Origin: the human T2T-CHM13v2.0 reference genome, Homo sapiens
DNA length: 64,000 bases
Reading direction: 5' to 3' (one strand)
NCBI RefSeq assembly: GCF_009914755.1
Contig: NC_060928.1
The translations under genes were made by a program, and so were the position numbers. Below, piece after piece: positions 57,424 through 64,000 of this stretch. How positions within the stretch are numbered: the stretch's first letter is position 1; the number at the start of each line of letters is the position of its first letter. The notes beneath the pieces were generated by a model. The model was not told the DNA's origin and made no database searches. It saw only the letters and a list, made by a program, of their open reading frames with translations.

Positions 57424-59324
57424 CAAAAGGTCAATTTCAATTTGAAAAAATACACATTTGTATAACTAAAATTACCTAACTCATTGATAAAATAGATTTT
57501 ACTTTAAACAAAAAAAAAAAAAAAATCAATTTTTCATGAACTCATGCATTTCTATAAATTTTATTTTGTTTAGATGTTACTTTTGGCTACAGAAAATTAG
57601 AATATTTCAAAATAAAAATGCATAAAGAAACAGCATTTTAGGAAGATATCATTATGTTACATTTCCAAACTTGTATTAAGGAATATATCATATTTTCAAA
57701 ATATGCAAGAAATTTGCATATAATTCTGTATTTCTTTTAGCATTATAATTGTATATCTATTTTTACATAATGAAATGCTCTTGGAAGGGAGACTAAATAC
57801 ACAGAAATTCATATATGCGGTTCATAACTGACAATAAGTAAAAATGAATTGAAAATTTGAGACTATCTTTGTGATAGTACTAGAATCTAAATCAGTTTGA
57901 TTCTAGCATACTTACAAGGAAATATTATTAAAATTTAATCTTACTTGGAAAACTATGAGCATGTTATGCTTCAGGCACTGCACCTAAAATTATTTAGAAT
58001 TTATAGCTCCCCATCTGCTGTATATTAAAATTGACTTAATGCATCTTATTGCATTTTGCTGCATTTGATACTCACCCTTCTCCTCATCTGACATAAATAC
58101 CAGTTTCTTAACATTTTAAAGCGAATTTGTTTTTTTCTCAAGAGTGAACATTTCTCATTACCCATTTCAGTCGTTCAGAGCACTGAGAAAAGAAATGGAC
58201 TTGCTAAAATTCTGGAGCAGTTATCCAAACAAACCTGAAAGCTCATTTTAAAAAGTTGTGATAAAGGATTTTAAATAGAAATGGTAGTACAGAATGACTT
58301 ACGCTATCATCCAAATTTAGCTAGACCCCACTCAAGTGCCAGAAGAGCATGAGAGATTAATAACTTGTACACCAGCATATTTTATTCATGGTTATAGCCA
58401 CTACATTTTTAAAATCTGAAATTCAGAGACTATTAATCTCTAAAGATGTGATAAATGTAAAAGGCGGAGAAAATAGGCCACAGTTCTAGAATGATGTCTT
58501 GACATTCACATGTGCTACTGTGGCATCACATATGGGAAGCCATATATCATCTTCTCTTTAGACAGTGAAGACTTCTTTTCACCTTGTAATTATTTATATA
58601 CATTAAATAAATAATGTCCTCTTCTGCTTTTCAGGATGACATTCTTCTTCCTCTTTGAATGAGTAGCTTAGAAATGACATAATAAAATTTATCCAAAGCT
58701 TATAAAGGAAAGAGGATAAGAATTGTTTCCGCTTCCACAAGAAGCGTGGGGGCCAAGCCTAACCCTGCAAATCCCCATGTAGATCTCATTATCATCACCA
58801 AACTGGTGATACAATCCTGAATATAGTTGTGAGGTACACTCACTGGCAGCTATTAAAAGTCAGAATCTTATACCAACAATTGCAAGGACTTGGAAACAGT
58901 AAGTATAACTAAAAGAGTGTGCCATATTATCTGTTGTGTGAGCAGCCGCAACCAGGACTAAGCCTGAGGAGAATGATGTCTCACCTCTTGGAAGGATAGA
59001 ACCGCATTCTTCTCTCTTTGCTGCTTGGCATAATTCTATGTGGTTCTCTCGGGAAAGCCCTACCCAGCCAATTTTACTTACCATTTAGGATTCTAACGTG
59101 AATTGTGAACATGAGCTTTGTCTTTTAGAATATAAAACAGACTTAGAAGAACAGATGAAAATAGTGAGCAAGAAATGGAATTGCCCTTTATTATAACTGG
59201 TGTGAAGGTTCTGTCTAAAAGATAGTGACTACCTTTCAACCTTGGTTGGTCCCCAAAACACAACATATTTTATTACACATATTTATCTACCATGTAAGAA
59301 ATTTATGAGACCACTTTAGGACAT

Positions 59325-59776
59325 TGTATTAGTCAGGGTTCTCTAGAGAAACAGGACTAATAGGATAGATGTATATATGAAAGAGAGTTTGTTAAGGAGT
59401 ATTGACTCATACAGTCACTAGGTGAAGTCCCAAAATAGGCCGTCTGCAAGCCGAGGAGCAAGGAAACCAGTCTGAGTCCCAAAGCTGAAGAACTTGGAGT
59501 TCTATGTTCAAGGGCAGGAAGCATCCAGCCTGGGAGAAAAACATAGGCCAGAAGATTAAACTGCTCTCGTCTTTTCATGTTCTTCCACCTGCTTTTATTC
59601 TGGCTGTGCTGGCAGCTGATTAGATGGTGCCCATCCAGATTGAGGGTGGTTTTGCCTTTCCCAGTCCACTGACTCAAATGTTAATCTCCTTTGGCAACAC
59701 CCTCACAGACAAATCCAGGAGCAATACTTTGCATCCTTCAATCCATTCAAGTCGACACTCAATATTAACCATTACA
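59325..59776 (-). mobile_element. MLT2A1-like (HERV-L) solo LTR
   Basis: 'tgtattagtcagggttctctagag…ggcaacaccctcacagac…attaaccattaca'; TSD gacat/ggcat. Confidence 0.88.
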
Positions 59777-59789
59777 GGCATAAATGGGA

Positions 59790-60201
59790 AAATTGGGCAT
59801 ATCAACAAAAGTTTTATTAGGTATACTGTCCGCTGTTCTCTTAGTGCACTTTCCTAGATTTGGCAGTAAACTAGCTGTCAGGTTGTCTAGGATAGCCTTG
59901 GCTGTGACAACTGAAGAAACTCCGTGCACAGGCATGTGCCTCAACCTACAATACACTAGGCCAGCCATGTCCTAGCAGCTGTGGTGAGGAGCAAAAGTGA
60001 AAGTCCAGACTTTGCAACAGGAAAAGCCTAAACACACACATCTATTTTAAGCTTCTATATGTTTGCTAAGACTCCATTAGACAAAATGCATTATATGGCT
60101 ATGACCAGTGTCAGAGTTGGAGAAGACTACAACATTTCAGGGCAAAGGGTGGAGATACAGAGAAGTCATTAATAGAGGTTGTTCATGTGATCATTCTACC
60201 A
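59790..60201 (-). mobile_element. Old MLT1 (H/I/J-type) LTR fragment
   Basis: 'tttgctaagactccattagacaaaatgcattatatggc…gcaaagggtggagatacagag…attctacca'. Confidence 0.5.
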
Positions 60202-60949
60202 TTACCAGTGATTCTGATTATTATACACATATAATGTACTCACCAGTTAAAAATTCTCCTAGAATAGCACTTTACTATTTCTACCACTGTCTTTTTCACC
60301 CTAAAATAGTACCTGCAGACACCACACGAAGAGTATTCTGAATATTATAAGATTAATAAACCATTAATTTGCTTTCCTACAGATTAACATTAAGCTTCTA
60401 ACATTCAGTCTTCTGCTCAAGAAGAAGACATGTGCTTACTACAACAGAAGTCAACTTTAGTGATTTTCTTTCCTGACAATTCTAGTTCCTTTCTTAAAAA
60501 AAAAAAAGATATGCAGCTACTTTTGGATTGAAAAAGGTGCTATGTTTCAGCATTAACAATAGCCATTAAGTTCACTGATGGTTCTATCTACTACCCACAA
60601 TATGTGCTATATAATAGATATTTCGTAAACTATTTCGAGTGAATAGTGTTTAATCTCTCAGATCTGCAATTCTAAGTAGACATACTTCATATATGTGAAA
60701 TAATTGGGAAATTCAAGAGCCAGTATACTTGAGAAGAGTAGAATATTATGAACATACCAGTGGCTCAGTGATCAAACTAGGAAAAAGAAATGATGTAGAT
60801 GTTGGAAGAGAATTTGTCTGTATGTTGTCACTGTATGTTCCTGAGTTTTAAAAAGAATTAAAATGGTTTAGGAAAAATAAGTAAAGCAAAGGCACATCTA
60901 TACTGCGCTAGGTAAAATATATGTTTAGTCTTAATTTATTTGAGTCAAT

Positions 60950-61169
60950 TTATGTTTTTAATGCTGCTTTTATAAAATGTAAGTTTACATATGTGGCTTA
61001 CATTATATTGATTGAGCATCACTGATCTACATATTTAGAGGCAACTTCTTTTTAGTTCTTATGACATTTATGATAAAATTATCTGCCTTTAAAACAGACG
61101 TGTCCACTTATGTTTTTAATGCTGCTATTATAAAATGTAAGTTTACGTATGTGGCTTACATCATATTGA
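60950..61169 (+). repeat. 62-bp direct duplication (60950-61011 and 61108-61169) of a MER3/MER33-like hAT end
   Basis: 'ttatgtttttaatgctgct.ttataaaatgtaagtttac.tatgtggcttacat.atattga' occurs twice. Confidence 0.9.
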
Positions 61170-61174
61170 GGGAG

Positions 61175-61343
61175 TTCTTTTTCAAGATAATCAGGATAAT
61201 TTTTCTATCTCAAGATCAGCTGAAGAGCAATCTCAATTCTATCTGCAACCCCAATTCTCTTTTGCCATGTAATCTAACATATTTACACTTTCCAGAACTT
61301 ACGACATAGACATTTTTGGGTAGTTATTACTGTGCCAGTCACA
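61175..61343 (-). mobile_element. MLT1D-like LTR fragment
   Basis: 'gataatcaggataat…ctcaagatcagctga…tctgcaacc…ttgccatgtaa…tcaca'. Confidence 0.7.
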
Positions 61344-62174
61344 TCATGATATTACTGGCATAAATCCATATGAATACAAATCTATAGACAAGTAAAGTAA
61401 ACATATTTATTTTCTATCCTTCCAAAACCATTCTCTTCAAAACAAGTTTATTGGAATAAACATATGAAAAACATCCTGCCATAGCCCTGAAAACTGAGTA
61501 CATGTGGAGTATAACAACATGAAAGAAAAGAGATTATGTGTGTTGTGGATAAAAACTGTCTGTATCACGAAAGATATTTTGAGAGCCTTGGTGTGTAATA
61601 ATATATTCGTTCAAGCAGTGACAGCTATATACTTCCTATATATGTGAGGCCCCTTTAAAAATTATTTTCCTGTTTTCTATATTAAATAATTTTCAGAAAT
61701 GTATTCTTAATCTGAATCTTCAACATGGTCCTCTCTCACATTCTCCCCCTACAACCTTTTTTTCAAATTAATCAAATCAGTTTTTAAGACCTACTATCTT
61801 GTTTTATTGATTAGAGTAATGGACACTGGCAGCACAGTGGTGAATCAGTGTTCTATGTTCCCTGCTATCATTTTTTCCTCTTTAATTTAATCTGTGTCAT
61901 GGAGATTTCTATACAAGTGTTACATTTTCTAAAAGTGGAAGAAGTGACTTGCCCTTGCTCTTCTTCCCGTTCACTTTTCAGTGACATAATCTTATCATTA
62001 GATGAATTCACACTGAAACTAAAATACTTGTTAATTGTCTGGAGTTGAAGCAAAGATTAAAAATAGAGCTAATAATAACATGACACCTGATAATTTTAGA
62101 ATGCCAGAATCCATTTTGTGGCATGTAATCATTTCAGTTTTCATAAAAGCTATTTTTACTAAATAATAACAGTA

Positions 62175-62637
62175 GAGTAGTCCCCTTTTATCCGTGCAGG
62201 ATATGTTCTAAGAACCCCAGTGGTTGCCTGAAAGCATGAATAGAACTGAATCTTATATATACTTTGTTTTTTTCTAGACATACATACCTATGGTGAAGTT
62301 TAATTTACAAATTAGGCACAGTAAGAGAGCAAAAATAACAAATAATAAAATAGAACGACTAAGTCAAACAAGCACCGAGGTGCCACAGCAGTCAATCTGA
62401 TAACAGAAACAGCGACTCAGCGGCTAATGTAGACAGTGTTAATGCACTGGACAAAGGGTTGGTTCACAACCCTGGTGGGATGGCAGGAGATTTCCTCATG
62501 ATACTGAGAATAGGAGGCAATTTAAAAGTTTTTAATTGTTTATTTCTAAAATTCTCCACTTCACATTTTTGGGCCACATTTGACTGTGGGTAACTGAAAC
62601 CACGGAAAATGTAACCACAGATAAGAGGGGACCGTTG
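62175..62637 (+). mobile_element. MER44 (Tigger7-derived) DNA element
   Basis: Inverted termini 'agtagtccccttttatcc' and 'agataagagggga'; 'gtttaatttacaaattaggcacagtaagaga'. Confidence 0.8.
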
Positions 62638-62864
62638 AGTCATAATAATGACAACAGGTAAAATTTATTTGGCTCTCACATATGCTGTTAATTTTACATA
62701 GATTGTTTCAGCTATTATATAATTTTAAAAACAAGTGCTTAAGATTTAAGTATTAAGTCACTATCCCACAATCACATAAGGAGTAAATGACAGAACCAAG
62801 ATTTGAAAAAAAACAATATGACTTGAGTATTCTTAGCAGATACACCATACTGCAAGTAGTATAG

Positions 62865-63231
62865 TGTATTAATTTACTAGGGCTGGCATAACATAGTACC
62901 AAAGACAGTGTGGCTTAAATAACACAATTTTATTTTCTCATAATTCTGGAGGCCAGAAGTCCAAGATAAAGATGTCAGCAGGATTGATTTTATTCTGCGA
63001 CCCTGTCATTGGTGCATACATGGTCTTCCCTTTCTGCATATCTTATTTCTAATCTGCTCTTCTTATGAGGACACCAGTTATATGATTTAGGGTCTACCCA
63101 TATGATCTCATTTTACCTAAATAACCTCCTTAGAAACCAAATCTCCAAATACAGTCATATTCTAAGGTACTGTGGGTTAAGACTTCAACATATAAATTGG
63201 GGGAGGGGTGAGCACCATTAATCTCATAATA
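62865..63231 (-). mobile_element. MLT1A/B LTR
   Basis: 'ttctggaggccagaagtccaagat…tctccaaatacagtcatattctaaggtactg'; TSD tatag. Confidence 0.85.
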
Positions 63232-63286
63232 TATAGTTCCTTAGACCAAAGGGGAAAACAAAGATTCATTATTGCCCAGTGTTAAA

Positions 63287-64000
<714 letters not shown>

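Overview
This is AT-rich, CpG-depleted primate (human-like) genomic DNA made mostly of interspersed repeats: Alu/FLAM, L1PA-L1ME, L2, MIR, MaLR (THE1/MST/MLT1), ERV1/ERVL LTRs and Tigger/MER DNA transposons. It looks like a large intron or a gene desert. I can support no protein-coding gene, RNA gene or CRISPR array. The ORF track consists of L1 ORF2 remnants, repeat-derived frames or chance frames, and I see no new biological system. The most notable signal is a recurring pattern of locally templated insertions and rearrangements. A ~455 bp copy of 11653-12108 sits at 8886-9342 between 30-bp direct repeats. At 38285-39090 a complex junction contains a 167-bp copy from 9.7 kb upstream, a ~120-bp inverted duplication and a 5'-truncated L1. 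Also present are two 5'-inverted L1s, a probable mRNA 3'UTR retrocopy (SRSF1-like from memory) and neighbouring Alus that share non-consensus bases. Repeat subfamily names come from recalled consensus sequences and need RepeatMasker/Dfam confirmation.
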